From a virus (Duplodnaviria > Heunggongvirae > Uroviricota > Caudoviricetes), in IMG/VR virus record IMGVR_UViG_3300013021_000001: a stretch of 64,000 nt of DNA. One strand, written 5' to 3'. Made by a program: the position numbers and the translations under genes. How positions within the stretch are numbered: position 1 is the stretch's first letter; each line of letters starts with the position of its first letter. The notes beneath the pieces are model-generated. The model did not search any database. It saw only the letters and a list, made by a program, of their open reading frames with translations, and was not told the origin of the DNA. This document shows, piece by piece, positions 55,290 to 63,982 of this stretch.

Positions 55290-55632
55290 CGTCCTCGAGC
55301 TCCTTTTTTAGGGTTTCAATTTCCTTTTCTTTTTCCCTATTTTTTTCTTTCTGTTGTTCAATCTGTTTTTGAATTAAGTCTCTCTTCTCTTTCATCTCTT
55401 TGGTCTTCTGCATCGAATCCTCAAACTCTTTGTCATATTTCTTAGCGTCTTTTTTTAGCTGCTCCTGCCTGATTTTTACCTCTTCTCTAATTCTCTTTTC
55501 CTTTTCTTTTTTGCTTTTGATTTTTCTTTCTATCTCTTCTTTATCTTTACTTTTACTGAAGAAAACAAATGCTAAAGCAGCACCTATCCCTGATAGAATA
55601 TAAACCAAAGCTTCCTTTATTTTATTAAACAT
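55192..55632 (-). CDS. Membrane-anchored highly charged coiled-coil protein
   Basis: N-terminal TM followed by KEKEKRIREE… Lys/Glu repeats. Confidence 0.4.
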   Translation of the reverse strand: MFNKIKEALVYILSGIGAALAFVFFSKSKDKEEIERKIKSKKEKEKRIREEVKIRQEQLKKDAKKYDKEFEDSMQKTKEMKEKRDLIQKQIEQQKEKNREKEKEIETLKKELEDDENAPGEFGDSDGDAAYSYIIDSINDDGKPEG

Positions 55633-55652
55633 AAATTCGCACCTTCTTTTTT

Positions 55653-55898
55653 TTATTTAAAGTTCTTAAGCAGTTCCTTTAAAATACCTTTAAGCATCGT
55701 CATCCCGCCGGAAAGACCTACAACAAGATAAAAGACAATTTTTACATCTTCAAAATCAATCATCTTGAGGAAAAAAGCCGGCACAGTAATCAAAAGAAGC
55801 ACCAAGGCTAAGATATAATCTATAATTCTCTCCACTCTGTCATCTACTCCATCCTGGTCCCTGTCTAAAAACTCTCTTTTTTCTTCCATTAAGACCAC
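55653..55898 (-). CDS. Holin-like small membrane protein
   Basis: 81 aa. Acidic N-terminus and two TM helices. Location in the lysis region. Confidence 0.4.
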   Translation of the reverse strand: MVLMEEKREFLDRDQDGVDDRVERIIDYILALVLLLITVPAFFLKMIDFEDVKIVFYLVVGLSGGMTMLKGILKELLKNFK

Positions 55899-55943
55899 TC
55901 CTATTTAAATTTTTACCCCCTTTTTAACCTCCTTTTTATGCCT

Positions 55944-56324
55944 TTACCGTCTCTCAATATCCTTTTTTATACTTTCAATCTCTCCCTTTAAGTCGACCTT
56001 TACCTCGCTTAAATCCTTTCTCATTTCCGCTACAGCTGTTGCTATCTCCTTAATTGCGTGGCGGTGTTCTCCCATCTGCACTTCTAATGTATGTGCAAAT
56101 TTAGTCTGGTTTTTTTGTGACTGAGTTAAGAGCTTTCTCGTCTCTTCCGCATCACAGATTACTTTATCAAGCATCTCCGATTTTTCTTTTGAGTTTTCTC
56201 TTTCTCTTTCAATCATGACCTTGACTATTGAATAGATTACACCAACTAACATAGCTATCAAGTAGAGATAAGGGTTTGATAGTGTGTCTCCTAGTACTGA
56301 GATTAATTTTGTGAATTCTACCAT
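55944..56324 (-). CDS. XhlA-like membrane/coiled-coil lysis-associated protein
   Basis: N-terminal TM plus a coiled coil ending in a basic tail. Architecture like PBSX XhlA-family proteins. Confidence 0.35.
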   Translation of the reverse strand: MVEFTKLISVLGDTLSNPYLYLIAMLVGVIYSIVKVMIERERENSKEKSEMLDKVICDAEETRKLLTQSQKNQTKFAHTLEVQMGEHRHAIKEIATAVAEMRKDLSEVKVDLKGEIESIKKDIERR

Positions 56325-56382
56325 CTTCTTAAGTTACCTCCTAGACATATTTAATGTCCCCCCTGTGATAGCCCCTTTTGAA

Positions 56383-57492
56383 TTATAACTTATCACCCCC
56401 ATTTAAGATAATGTAGGACCTTGGCTCAATTTTAAACCCTTGAACCATTTCTGCGTTGCCTCCGTTGTTGATTATTAGTTCGTAACATCCTCTTTTAGCG
56501 TGGTAAATGTTACATGTTGATTTGATAATCTCAAGGCCCTCTTTTTCTGTTTCCTTTTTAACTCCGATAAGAGTATCTATTTGGTCTTTCAGTTCATATC
56601 TAAAGTAATCATCCCAGAAAACAACAACTGGATTGTCCTGGAAGAATATATATGCATATGCAAGCTCTTTTTTCTCTGAGATTGCATCCTTATTTGAACT
56701 TCTCTCTCTTCTTTCAATATCGTGATTAGCAAGAAAATTAACCCTTTTGTTTTTGTTTATTTCTTCAAGTTTTCTGATATCAAAATCAGGATTCATACAC
56801 ATATCTCTTAATTTGTAAAATAAGGGAAAATTTAATAAATTTAAGTCTGGATTATAAGAGTGAACCTCATTTAGTTTTGAGTCTGCCCCTTCCCAGTATT
56901 CACCCATAATAAATGTGTCAAGCTTAAAATATTGTGTGAATACTTTTGTAAAATCCCATCGCATATCTTTTATGTTATCTAGTCGAAAACTGTCGAAACC
57001 TATCTCATCTTTGAGCCATTTTGCCCAGTTTATTAAACCATCTGCCATATATTTATCATCAGAGTAATAACAGATTGTTTCTCCAAAGGAGTTGCGGCTG
57101 TCACAGTTTCCACATTCGTGACAGAAGTGTTTGTAATTTTTTTTAAATAATTCATCTTCAAATTTTGTGTATGTTTTTTTATCAAAATAAGGATTATACT
57201 CAAGCTCTCCTCCAAGCATATGGCCTAATACTAAATCAGCCATGACATTAACATCTTCTTTATGTAGTTTATTTATTAGTTTTTTGAGTGTTTCTTTAGT
57301 ACCAAACCTAGAATCTAAGTTGTAATGTTCTTTAATATCATAGCCCATTGAGTTAGCACCATTCATGCCCTTTGAAACAGGTGGAAGCCAGACTGTATCA
57401 AAGCCCTTGTTTGCTATCTCTTCAGCCAGATACTCTAAATGCTCCCACCAATTCTCAAGACAATTCCAATAAAACCCCTGTAAGATTACCAA
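56383..57492 (-). CDS. GH13 alpha-amylase-family glycoside hydrolase
   Basis: TTG start. ILQGFYWN…GFDTVWLPPVSKG…GYD…Y.L.SRFGTKETL. Region I DLVLGHM, region II SFRLDNIKDM (catalytic Asp), region III MGEYWEG (Glu), region IV LANHD. No domain C (369 aa). Confidence 0.65.
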   Translation of the reverse strand: MVILQGFYWNCLENWWEHLEYLAEEIANKGFDTVWLPPVSKGMNGANSMGYDIKEHYNLDSRFGTKETLKKLINKLHKEDVNVMADLVLGHMLGGELEYNPYFDKKTYTKFEDELFKKNYKHFCHECGNCDSRNSFGETICYYSDDKYMADGLINWAKWLKDEIGFDSFRLDNIKDMRWDFTKVFTQYFKLDTFIMGEYWEGADSKLNEVHSYNPDLNLLNFPLFYKLRDMCMNPDFDIRKLEEINKNKRVNFLANHDIERRERSSNKDAISEKKELAYAYIFFQDNPVVVFWDDYFRYELKDQIDTLIGVKKETEKEGLEIIKSTCNIYHAKRGCYELIINNGGNAEMVQGFKIEPRSYIILNGGDKL

Positions 57493-57506
57493 AGCCTCTC
57501 CACTCC

Positions 57507-58202
57507 TTAAAAATAGTAATTGTAATGTTTTAATGCTCCGTTTTCTATAACTACTGCTAGTGCTTCAAGTTCTTTTTTTATCTCGAATTTACTTTTTATA
57601 TTTTCTATTTTTTCATCTAATATTGTTTCGAATTCTTTTAAGTCTTCATCATTTAAAGGCTCTGATACATCTTCGTACTTTACTCTGTTTACTGTAAAAT
57701 AAAGTCTTAAATTATCTTCTATTTTGTTTGTCTCTAAATTATAATCAAGACCTATAAGGTAAGCTTTATCCAAAATAGAACTGCTTAAAACTAAATCATC
57801 AGTATCCGTCATACTATTAAGTTTGTTGAGCTGTTCATCATTTAAGCCCTTTTTGTACAAATAAAATGTTACGCTTTTTTTGTCGTAAGAGATAATTGAA
57901 TAAATCGAAGATAAGAAACTTAAGCTTGTAATATCAAAGAGCTTATTATTAATCTCCTGGTTGATAACATCACCAATCTTAAGCTCATCTAACACTTTTA
58001 AGTACTTTTCGGTGTCGGCAACTTTATACTCATTAAATGTATAGTAAACTTCCTTTTTATCTATATTAACTATGTCGGGTAGAGCTTCTTCGATTTCAAA
58101 GCCAAGCTCTTTTATTTTACTTTTTAGTTTTTCCTTGTTTTTGAACCTGTAGTCTTCATTTTTTATTAAGCCGTCACTAATCTTAGTCATTACTTTTTCC
58201 AC
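57507..58202 (-). CDS. Hypothetical protein
   Basis: GTG start after AAAGGAGGCAAATATAA. 231 aa. Confidence 0.4.
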   Translation of the reverse strand: MEKVMTKISDGLIKNEDYRFKNKEKLKSKIKELGFEIEEALPDIVNIDKKEVYYTFNEYKVADTEKYLKVLDELKIGDVINQEINNKLFDITSLSFLSSIYSIISYDKKSVTFYLYKKGLNDEQLNKLNSMTDTDDLVLSSSILDKAYLIGLDYNLETNKIEDNLRLYFTVNRVKYEDVSEPLNDEDLKEFETILDEKIENIKSKFEIKKELEALAVVIENGALKHYNYYF

Positions 58203-58218
58203 TTATATTTGCCTCCTT

Positions 58219-58842
58219 TTACAAGTTTAAAATAAAATTCTTAAACTCTGTTTTGTTAAGGTTGTTATCTTCTTTAGTCCACATATTTTTATCTAGAGTA
58301 AGGCCTCTTTTAATAATGCCGAAACCCTCAGTGTTATTTTTAGCTAAAAAGGTGAGTCCGTATTTTTCTGCATATCTTTCACCAAAGTACAAGGAAAGTT
58401 CACACCCTTCTGAGAATTTAAGTTCAGATGAAGGTAATAATATATGAACTTTACTTTCTTTTGCTTTTTTAATTAATTCCTTTTTAAATTTAAAACCTTG
58501 ACATAGCTCTATGTATGGAATTTCAAACTGTAAAACAGAATTTAAACTTTTAATGTCATATACTTTAGGCATCCATTTGATACCAACTTTTTTTGAATAT
58601 TTATCTATTTCTTTCAGTTCTTCTTTTTTAAGCTGTAATCTTCTCTCGCAATCTATATTGAGCATCTGGCCCCAGGGAGTATCAATCAGTTCAAACCAAT
58701 CATCTCTTGTGATTGATAGCTCTGGAACTTTAACATCAAAGGATATAATATCTGCTCCTGCCATAAAGGCTTCCTCTATTAGTTTTTTGGCGAATTCTAT
58801 ATTTCCATTATGGTTTGTTTTTGCGTCTGCTATTATTTTCAT
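58219..58842 (-). CDS. NeuB (sialic-acid synthase)-like TIM-barrel protein, degenerate
   Basis: IIADAKTNHNGNIEFAKKLIEEAFMAGADIISFDVK parallels NeuB IAEIG.NHNG.LE.AK.MI..A...GADAVKFQ. Later blocks are also collinear, but the metal-binding His-Thr position reads Asn-Thr (NTEG). 207 aa versus about 340. Confidence 0.45.
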   Translation of the reverse strand: MKIIADAKTNHNGNIEFAKKLIEEAFMAGADIISFDVKVPELSITRDDWFELIDTPWGQMLNIDCERRLQLKKEELKEIDKYSKKVGIKWMPKVYDIKSLNSVLQFEIPYIELCQGFKFKKELIKKAKESKVHILLPSSELKFSEGCELSLYFGERYAEKYGLTFLAKNNTEGFGIIKRGLTLDKNMWTKEDNNLNKTEFKNFILNL

Positions 58843-58886
58843 CTTTTTGTCACCCTTTTTATTTAAATGCTCCCCCTATTAAAATT

Positions 58887-59480
58887 TTAGCTGTTGTATC
58901 TTCTTACTGCATTAACTACATCATTCATCATTAGCTTTAAGTAGTCATCGTTATTTAGTTTCTTTTCTTCTTCTATATTTGTAATAAAACCCATCTCTAT
59001 CAAGACTGCTGGCATATGAGTGTTTTTTAATACGTATAAGTTCTTTCTTTCTTTAAGGCCTCTATCACGAGGATTAAGGTCCCTTATTACTTCTTCTTGT
59101 ATTAAGCCTGCAAGCTTTTTACCTCCTGTACTGGTAGGATAATGAAGTGTCTCAAAGCCTTCAGCACTCTCTGCATCTGCTGCATTAGCATGGATTGAAA
59201 TAAACAAATCTGCCTTTTCATTGTTTGCTATATTGCACCTTTCGCTAAGCTTTACATATTCGTCTTTATCCCTAATCATTACTACTTTGTGCTCTGTTTT
59301 TAGTTCGAATAAACTCTTAAGCATCTTTGCTGCCTTTAAGTTCTTTTCGCTTTCTTCTGTGTAGATTTCATCTTCATAAATATCATCATCATACTTTTTG
59401 TCTTTAGGGTCGACAGCCCCTCCGTCCTTTCCTCCATGTCCTGCGCTAATTGCAATTATTAAGTTTTCTTTATATGGCAT
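58887..59480 (-). CDS. N-acetylmuramoyl-L-alanine amidase (Amidase_3) - endolysin candidate
   Basis: AISAGHGGKDGGAVD and FISIHANA are zinc-binding Amidase_3 motifs. RBS GGGAGGTG. Confidence 0.7.
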   Translation of the reverse strand: MPYKENLIIAISAGHGGKDGGAVDPKDKKYDDDIYEDEIYTEESEKNLKAAKMLKSLFELKTEHKVVMIRDKDEYVKLSERCNIANNEKADLFISIHANAADAESAEGFETLHYPTSTGGKKLAGLIQEEVIRDLNPRDRGLKERKNLYVLKNTHMPAVLIEMGFITNIEEEKKLNNDDYLKLMMNDVVNAVRRYNS

Positions 59481-59538
59481 CTATAGTCACCTCCCTTCTT
59501 TTTTAGTTTTATTTAATAAACATTACTAAACACAAAAC

Positions 59539-59763
59539 TTAAAGTTTATTTTTTTTATTCTCATAAGTAAATTTAATATCGAATGGTTCTCCTTTTAGCT
59601 TACTTATTTCTGCTGCAAGTACATGAACCGCCTCTATTAATTCTTCTTTTGTAATGTAGTCTAGGTCGCTTGCTAGTTCAGCGTTTTCATCTGTTAATTT
59701 TTCGTAACCTTTTGAAATAACAATAGTGTTTTCGTTTTCGTTCATTATGTTAAATTTAGCCAT
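59539..59763 (-). CDS. Hypothetical 74-aa acidic protein
   Basis: RBS TAGGAGGTGGTCAA ATG. Sits between the radical-SAM trio and the amidase. Confidence 0.4.
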   Translation of the reverse strand: MAKFNIMNENENTIVISKGYEKLTDENAELASDLDYITKEELIEAVHVLAAEISKLKGEPFDIKFTYENKKNKL

Positions 59764-59774
59764 TTGACCACCTC

Positions 59775-60647
59775 CTAAAAAACTAATCCATTAACACTAG
59801 ATGCATGAGATTTTCCATCTGTGTTTCTGTGGCAGTTATTACATGCTTGAGGCATAGAGTTTTTATTACTGAATTTGGCCAGTATTTTTTTAGTTCTACT
59901 AGATTTATATATATCATCTATATCGCTTTTATAAAGGTTTCCAAGTATTAATTCTTTGTGAGAATCTGCATCACTTCTTGTGTGTGCACAAGGCATAACA
60001 GAGCCATTGTAGTCTATATATATCGAATCTAATGGTTCTGTACAGATTTCCGTTCTCTCTTCTCTGTTTTTTCTCCATTTTAATTTTGTTCTATTATGAA
60101 TTACTTCTTCTTGACTTAAAAGCCCTCCTCTATTTTCTAAAAGTGCATGTTTTGGCCAATCTACTCTGTATAGAGCTGTAGTTCCATATTTTGATTTTGA
60201 CAATATTTGCTTATTTTTTTTGTTGTATTTAATATTTTTAAAACCAGCCTCAGATATTTTTTTCTTCACCTTTTCTGCACCAAGGCAATCATAATCCATA
60301 ATGTTTAACCTTGTAGCATAAAAATCTTTTAAGTCAAGTTTTTCAACAAAATCTCCGTTAGTTTTTACAACTATATTTATATAAGGGAAAAATTTTTTTA
60401 TTTGCTTTATTCTTTTATTTAAAAGCCCTATATTTATTAGAGGCTCATGATATCTTGCAATGTAAACAGTTGCATTTCTATATAAGTTAAATTTGTTTAT
60501 TTTTAAATCATTTAACAACTTCAAAAAAACATCTTCATCAAGCTCTTTGTAGGAGGTTCTGTCTATATCTTTGTTTGGGCACCACTCGCATTTTCTGTTG
60601 CACTGGCTGTGAAATTCTAATTCTAGATTTTTTATTTTTGAAAACAC
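59775..60647 (-). CDS. Radical-SAM/SPASM-like enzyme, paralog 1
   Basis: GTG start. HSQCNRKCEWCPNK CxxxCxxC cluster. C-terminal Cys-rich auxiliary-cluster region IDYNGSVMPCAHTR…LGNL…CNNCH. Confidence 0.55.
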   Translation of the reverse strand: MFSKIKNLELEFHSQCNRKCEWCPNKDIDRTSYKELDEDVFLKLLNDLKINKFNLYRNATVYIARYHEPLINIGLLNKRIKQIKKFFPYINIVVKTNGDFVEKLDLKDFYATRLNIMDYDCLGAEKVKKKISEAGFKNIKYNKKNKQILSKSKYGTTALYRVDWPKHALLENRGGLLSQEEVIHNRTKLKWRKNREERTEICTEPLDSIYIDYNGSVMPCAHTRSDADSHKELILGNLYKSDIDDIYKSSRTKKILAKFSNKNSMPQACNNCHRNTDGKSHASSVNGLVF

Positions 60648-60648
60648 T

Positions 60649-61479
60649 TTATTTGTTACCCCCTTCAGGCTTATGACAATAAGTGCAAACTCCTGGCATA
60701 GTTTCTATTTTCTCGAATTTTTTCATTATTTTTTTAGCTTTTTCTGATTTGTATATCTCAACTATACTTTTTTCATGAAGATTTCCTAATATAAATTCTT
60801 GATGTTCTTTTGCATCATGCCTCATGTGGCAGCAAGGCATTACACTTCCATCATAATCAACAATAATTGTATTAAATGGCTCTCCACAAAGTCTATTTCT
60901 TTTTTTGTCTTTGTTTATCCATTCCATATCATTTATTGAGTTTGGGTCTAATAAACCAGCTCTATCCTCCAGTTCTACATTTCTCTTCCAGTTAGATTTA
61001 TATATAATAATTCTTGAGTTTTCATCCCTTGCGCGGATATATGAGTTTTTAGCTCTTATAAAATCAAAATTAAAACCTATATCATTTATTTTTATTAAAC
61101 ATCTTGCACTTCCAACACCGTCATAGTCCATTATGTTTAACCTATCAAATGGTATATCTTTTATGTTTTCTTTTGTTATAAAATCACCATTAGATTTGAT
61201 AAGTAGATGAACATCTGGAAGTATTTTTTTTATTTGCTTTGACCTTTTTCTTGCAAGCTCAGGATTAATAAATGCTTCATGAAATCTTGAAATAGATATT
61301 GTAGAAGAGTCTTTTTCTCCGAAGCCGTTTTCCTTTAAATCACTTAATAATTTTAGAAAAATATCTTCATCAAACTCTTTATAAAAAGTTCTATCTATAT
61401 ATTTATTTGGGCACCACTCGCATTTTCTATTGCACTGGCTGTGGAAAGCTATTTCTACACCTGAAATATGAGAAAACAT
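60649..61479 (-). CDS. Radical-SAM/SPASM-like enzyme, paralog 2
   Basis: Start set at the internal ATG (complement 61477-61479, MFSHISGVEIAFH) behind GGTGATATA. This matches the paralog N-termini and avoids a 92-nt overlap. SQCNRKCEWCPNK. C-terminal VMPCCHMRHD…LGNL…CTYCH. Confidence 0.55.
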   Translation of the reverse strand: MFSHISGVEIAFHSQCNRKCEWCPNKYIDRTFYKEFDEDIFLKLLSDLKENGFGEKDSSTISISRFHEAFINPELARKRSKQIKKILPDVHLLIKSNGDFITKENIKDIPFDRLNIMDYDGVGSARCLIKINDIGFNFDFIRAKNSYIRARDENSRIIIYKSNWKRNVELEDRAGLLDPNSINDMEWINKDKKRNRLCGEPFNTIIVDYDGSVMPCCHMRHDAKEHQEFILGNLHEKSIVEIYKSEKAKKIMKKFEKIETMPGVCTYCHKPEGGNK

Positions 61480-61483
61480 TATA

Positions 61484-62389
61484 TCACCAGCATTCCTTAA
61501 TATTTTTAATTTCTTCATTGTCCCTATATTTATGACATCTCTTGCATATTTTGGGGTAATCATCAATTTTCCCAAGCATTATGTTTCTAAATTTTTTAGA
61601 TTTTTTTGAGTAATATATATTTGATATACTTTTTTCGTTTATATTTCCGAGTATGAAATCCTCATGCTTTTTAGCATCACTTCTCATATGGCAACAAGGC
61701 ATAACGTTACCATTATAGTCAATAGAAATATAATTAAAAATTTCTATGCACTTTTTATTTCTTTGTCTGCTTTTCCTGTTGCTGTGCCACTCTATATTTT
61801 TGTACTCATGATTATGAGGGTCTTTAATTTTTATTTTGTTTTCAATATCTAAAAGTTCAGCTATATTTTCTATATTGTTATTCAGAGGCCAATTATAAAA
61901 ATACCTTAACTCAAAAGAGTTATCATCTATAGCTGATATATATTTATTTTCAGTGTCAAATCTTCTAACTTTTAGGCCTAGATTGTTTATTAGCTCAAAA
62001 CCATATGCTGTACCTCTGCAATCATAGTCCATAACATTTATTCTATCTAAATTAAGATTGCTAATATTCTTTTTGTTTAAAAAGTCGCCATTAGTATTTA
62101 CGTATAAATATACGTTATCAAGGATATTTTTTAATTGGTTAGACCTTTTTTTAAGTAATTTAATATCTGCCATTGGCTCAGAAAATCTATTAAATGAAAT
62201 CTTGTTGAATATTTTATTTTTATTTTTATTAAAATTATTTTTTTTAAGGTCTTGGATTAATTTTAAAAAAGTATCCTCCGGCATAGGAAGATTCTTATCT
62301 CTTTGAATATCCTTGTTTGGACACCAATGACATTCTCTATTACAATACCCATTAATCTCTATCTCTATTCTTTTTATATGAGAAAGCAT
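61484..62389 (-). CDS. Radical-SAM/SPASM-like enzyme, paralog 3
   Basis: ATG after GGGGGTTAAA. GYCNRECHWCPNK. C-terminal VMPCCHMRSD…LGNI…CKRCH. Confidence 0.55.
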   Translation of the reverse strand: MLSHIKRIEIEINGYCNRECHWCPNKDIQRDKNLPMPEDTFLKLIQDLKKNNFNKNKNKIFNKISFNRFSEPMADIKLLKKRSNQLKNILDNVYLYVNTNGDFLNKKNISNLNLDRINVMDYDCRGTAYGFELINNLGLKVRRFDTENKYISAIDDNSFELRYFYNWPLNNNIENIAELLDIENKIKIKDPHNHEYKNIEWHSNRKSRQRNKKCIEIFNYISIDYNGNVMPCCHMRSDAKKHEDFILGNINEKSISNIYYSKKSKKFRNIMLGKIDDYPKICKRCHKYRDNEEIKNIKECW

Positions 62390-62390
62390 T

Positions 62391-63299
62391 TTAACCCCCT
62401 ATGAATTTATTCCATTTATCTTCACTATTTATTATTTTGCTTGGTTTTATAATGTCTTCATTATTTTCTTTATAAAGCCAAAATATATCTCTCAACCAGT
62501 GTGACATACTTTGATTTGCATACAAAAGGTCGCTATAATTATATATTTTCATTTTAATTAGTTCTTTCTTTGGGTCAAAAAATGAAGCTCCATCTCTCTT
62601 AAAACATTTATCTTTAACAAATTCTTTTCCGTCTGGTGTATTATATTCGTCTCCATAAACTACAGAAAAAGGTAATACTTGTTCTATTGGTTTTTTTAAT
62701 TCTATAAATTCATTGCCATATTTTAATCCATAAAAATCTCTAGTTATTATATTTAAACATAACATCTTTTTATCTTCTGGCCATAAATTATTTTTATAAA
62801 GGCTTCTTATTGATAACATTCGGTGGCTACCTTCATAGACATAAAACAATCTTTGATACCTTCTGGCTGATATAACTAGTGGCCAGTAAGTACCGTTTTT
62901 TAACACGTCCAAGCCTAACTTTTCCTTATTGTTCCTGGATTCTACAAGGTAAGCATCTTTAAATTGATTTGCTTGATTTCTCATTGCCCACTGCTCTTCT
63001 TTCTTTTTCTTTTCTGTTATATAAATAAATTTAGGGTGAATCCATAAAAACCTAAAAAGCTCAGCTTCTAAAATATTTTTCAAATTATAATTAATATATG
63101 TATTGTACATATATTTTATATATTCTTTATCAAATATACATGAGTTTTCCTGGTTTAAATACGCCGTGTGTAAATGCCTGTAAAGTGCAGGCAGAACATG
63201 CCTATCATTTCTTTCATCATAATCAAGCTTTAGTCTATCTATTCTTTCATCATAATCAAGCTTTAGTCTATCTATATTATATCTGTTCAATAGTCCCAC
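62391..63299 (-). CDS. ParB/Srx-fold domain protein, paralog B (N-terminal 11-aa tandem repeat)
   Basis: GLDVLKNGTYWPLV…YVYEGSHRMLSI has a GxHR ParB/sulfiredoxin-type motif. About 200 aa are shared with the upstream paralog. IDRLKLDYDER ×2 at the N-terminus. Confidence 0.4.
   Translation of the reverse strand: MGLLNRYNIDRLKLDYDERIDRLKLDYDERNDRHVLPALYRHLHTAYLNQENSCIFDKEYIKYMYNTYINYNLKNILEAELFRFLWIHPKFIYITEKKKKEEQWAMRNQANQFKDAYLVESRNNKEKLGLDVLKNGTYWPLVISARRYQRLFYVYEGSHRMLSIRSLYKNNLWPEDKKMLCLNIITRDFYGLKYGNEFIELKKPIEQVLPFSVVYGDEYNTPDGKEFVKDKCFKRDGASFFDPKKELIKMKIYNYSDLLYANQSMSHWLRDIFWLYKENNEDIIKPSKIINSEDKWNKFIGG
63208..63273 (-). repeat. 33-bp tandem duplication inside ParB-like paralog B
   Basis: ATT(T)CTTTCATCATAATCAAGCTTTAGTCTATCT occurs twice consecutively. 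In frame, encoding IDRLKLDYDER twice. Confidence 0.6.
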
Positions 63300-63304
63300 C
63301 CTTG

Positions 63305-63982
63305 CTAATTATCTATATTTTCATTAAAAATTTCTCCTCCAACAAATCTATTCCATAAACTCTCATCATTAACAACTCTGCTTGACTTTATTGGAGTGCC
63401 TGTATCATTTTGATTTAACCATATAATATCTCTCATCCAGTGAGGCAATGCTTGAGTTAAAAAAAGTAAGCTGCTATAGTCATAAACTTCTTTTTTTAAT
63501 AGTATTTTTTTATCACTATGAAATTCAATATTATCAGATTTAAATAAGTTCTTTTCTATAAAATCTCTATCCTCTTTTTTATTATTTTCATCTCCGTAAA
63601 TTGTCACAAACGGAGCTAACTGTTTTACTGGTCTCTCTAATTTTATTACTTTTTTTCTAGCTTTGATTCTTTGGTAGTCGCCATTAACCCTCATACAAAG
63701 CACCTTTTTATCTTCTGGCCAATCGCCAGTTTCTACCATCTTTTTTATAGCAAAAGCTCTATGGTTACCCTCGTATACATATAAATCTCCATCTATTACT
63801 TCAACAACTATTGGCCAGTAAGTTCCGTTCTCTAAGATATCTAATCCTAAATTTACTTTATTTTCTTCTGTTTGTCTCAAATACATATCTGTATTATCTT
63901 GTATAACCCAGTTTTCTTCTATATCAAAATCTCTATTTTTTATTTTGCTTGGATGTTCCCAAGAAAATTCAAATACGCTCAA
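63305..63982 (-). CDS. ParB/Srx-fold domain protein, paralog A
   Basis: TTG start. GLDILENGTYWPIV…YVYEGNHRAFAI. Collinear with paralog B (WPEDKK.LC, PF..YGDE.N, YS.LL..Q..HW.RDI.WL, WN.F.GG). Confidence 0.4.
   Translation of the reverse strand: MSVFEFSWEHPSKIKNRDFDIEENWVIQDNTDMYLRQTEENKVNLGLDILENGTYWPIVVEVIDGDLYVYEGNHRAFAIKKMVETGDWPEDKKVLCMRVNGDYQRIKARKKVIKLERPVKQLAPFVTIYGDENNKKEDRDFIEKNLFKSDNIEFHSDKKILLKKEVYDYSSLLFLTQALPHWMRDIIWLNQNDTGTPIKSSRVVNDESLWNRFVGGEIFNENIDN

Noticed and set aside
54705-55632. Overlapping pair of TM/coiled-coil genes considered as an i-spanin/o-spanin pair
   Set aside because: Host signals (AGGAGG RBS, XhlA-like, Amidase_3, GroES, low GC) point to a Gram-positive host, where spanins are not expected. 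No lipobox Cys is present. Kept as membrane coiled-coil proteins.
727-63358. Many 60-140-aa ORFs antisense to the annotated genes (e.g. 727-1158, 1285-1539, 1795-2079, 6322-6504, 8303-8488, 9034-9276, 12440-12643, 14360-14548, 16911-17276, 19340-19606, 22025-22330, 23894-24265, 25757-25969, 26243-26518, 30241-31044, 38611-39144, 39648-39950, 41380-41718, 45659-45844, 46343-46555, 52389-52712, 53027-53317 on the minus strand; 55400-55603, 58253-58882, 60905-61126, 61664-61852, 62058-62306, 63098-63358 on the plus strand)
   Set aside because: They lie inside longer, motif-supported genes on the other strand. They are Leu/Ile/Phe/Ser-rich, as expected from antisense of AT-rich coding DNA, and lack RBSs.
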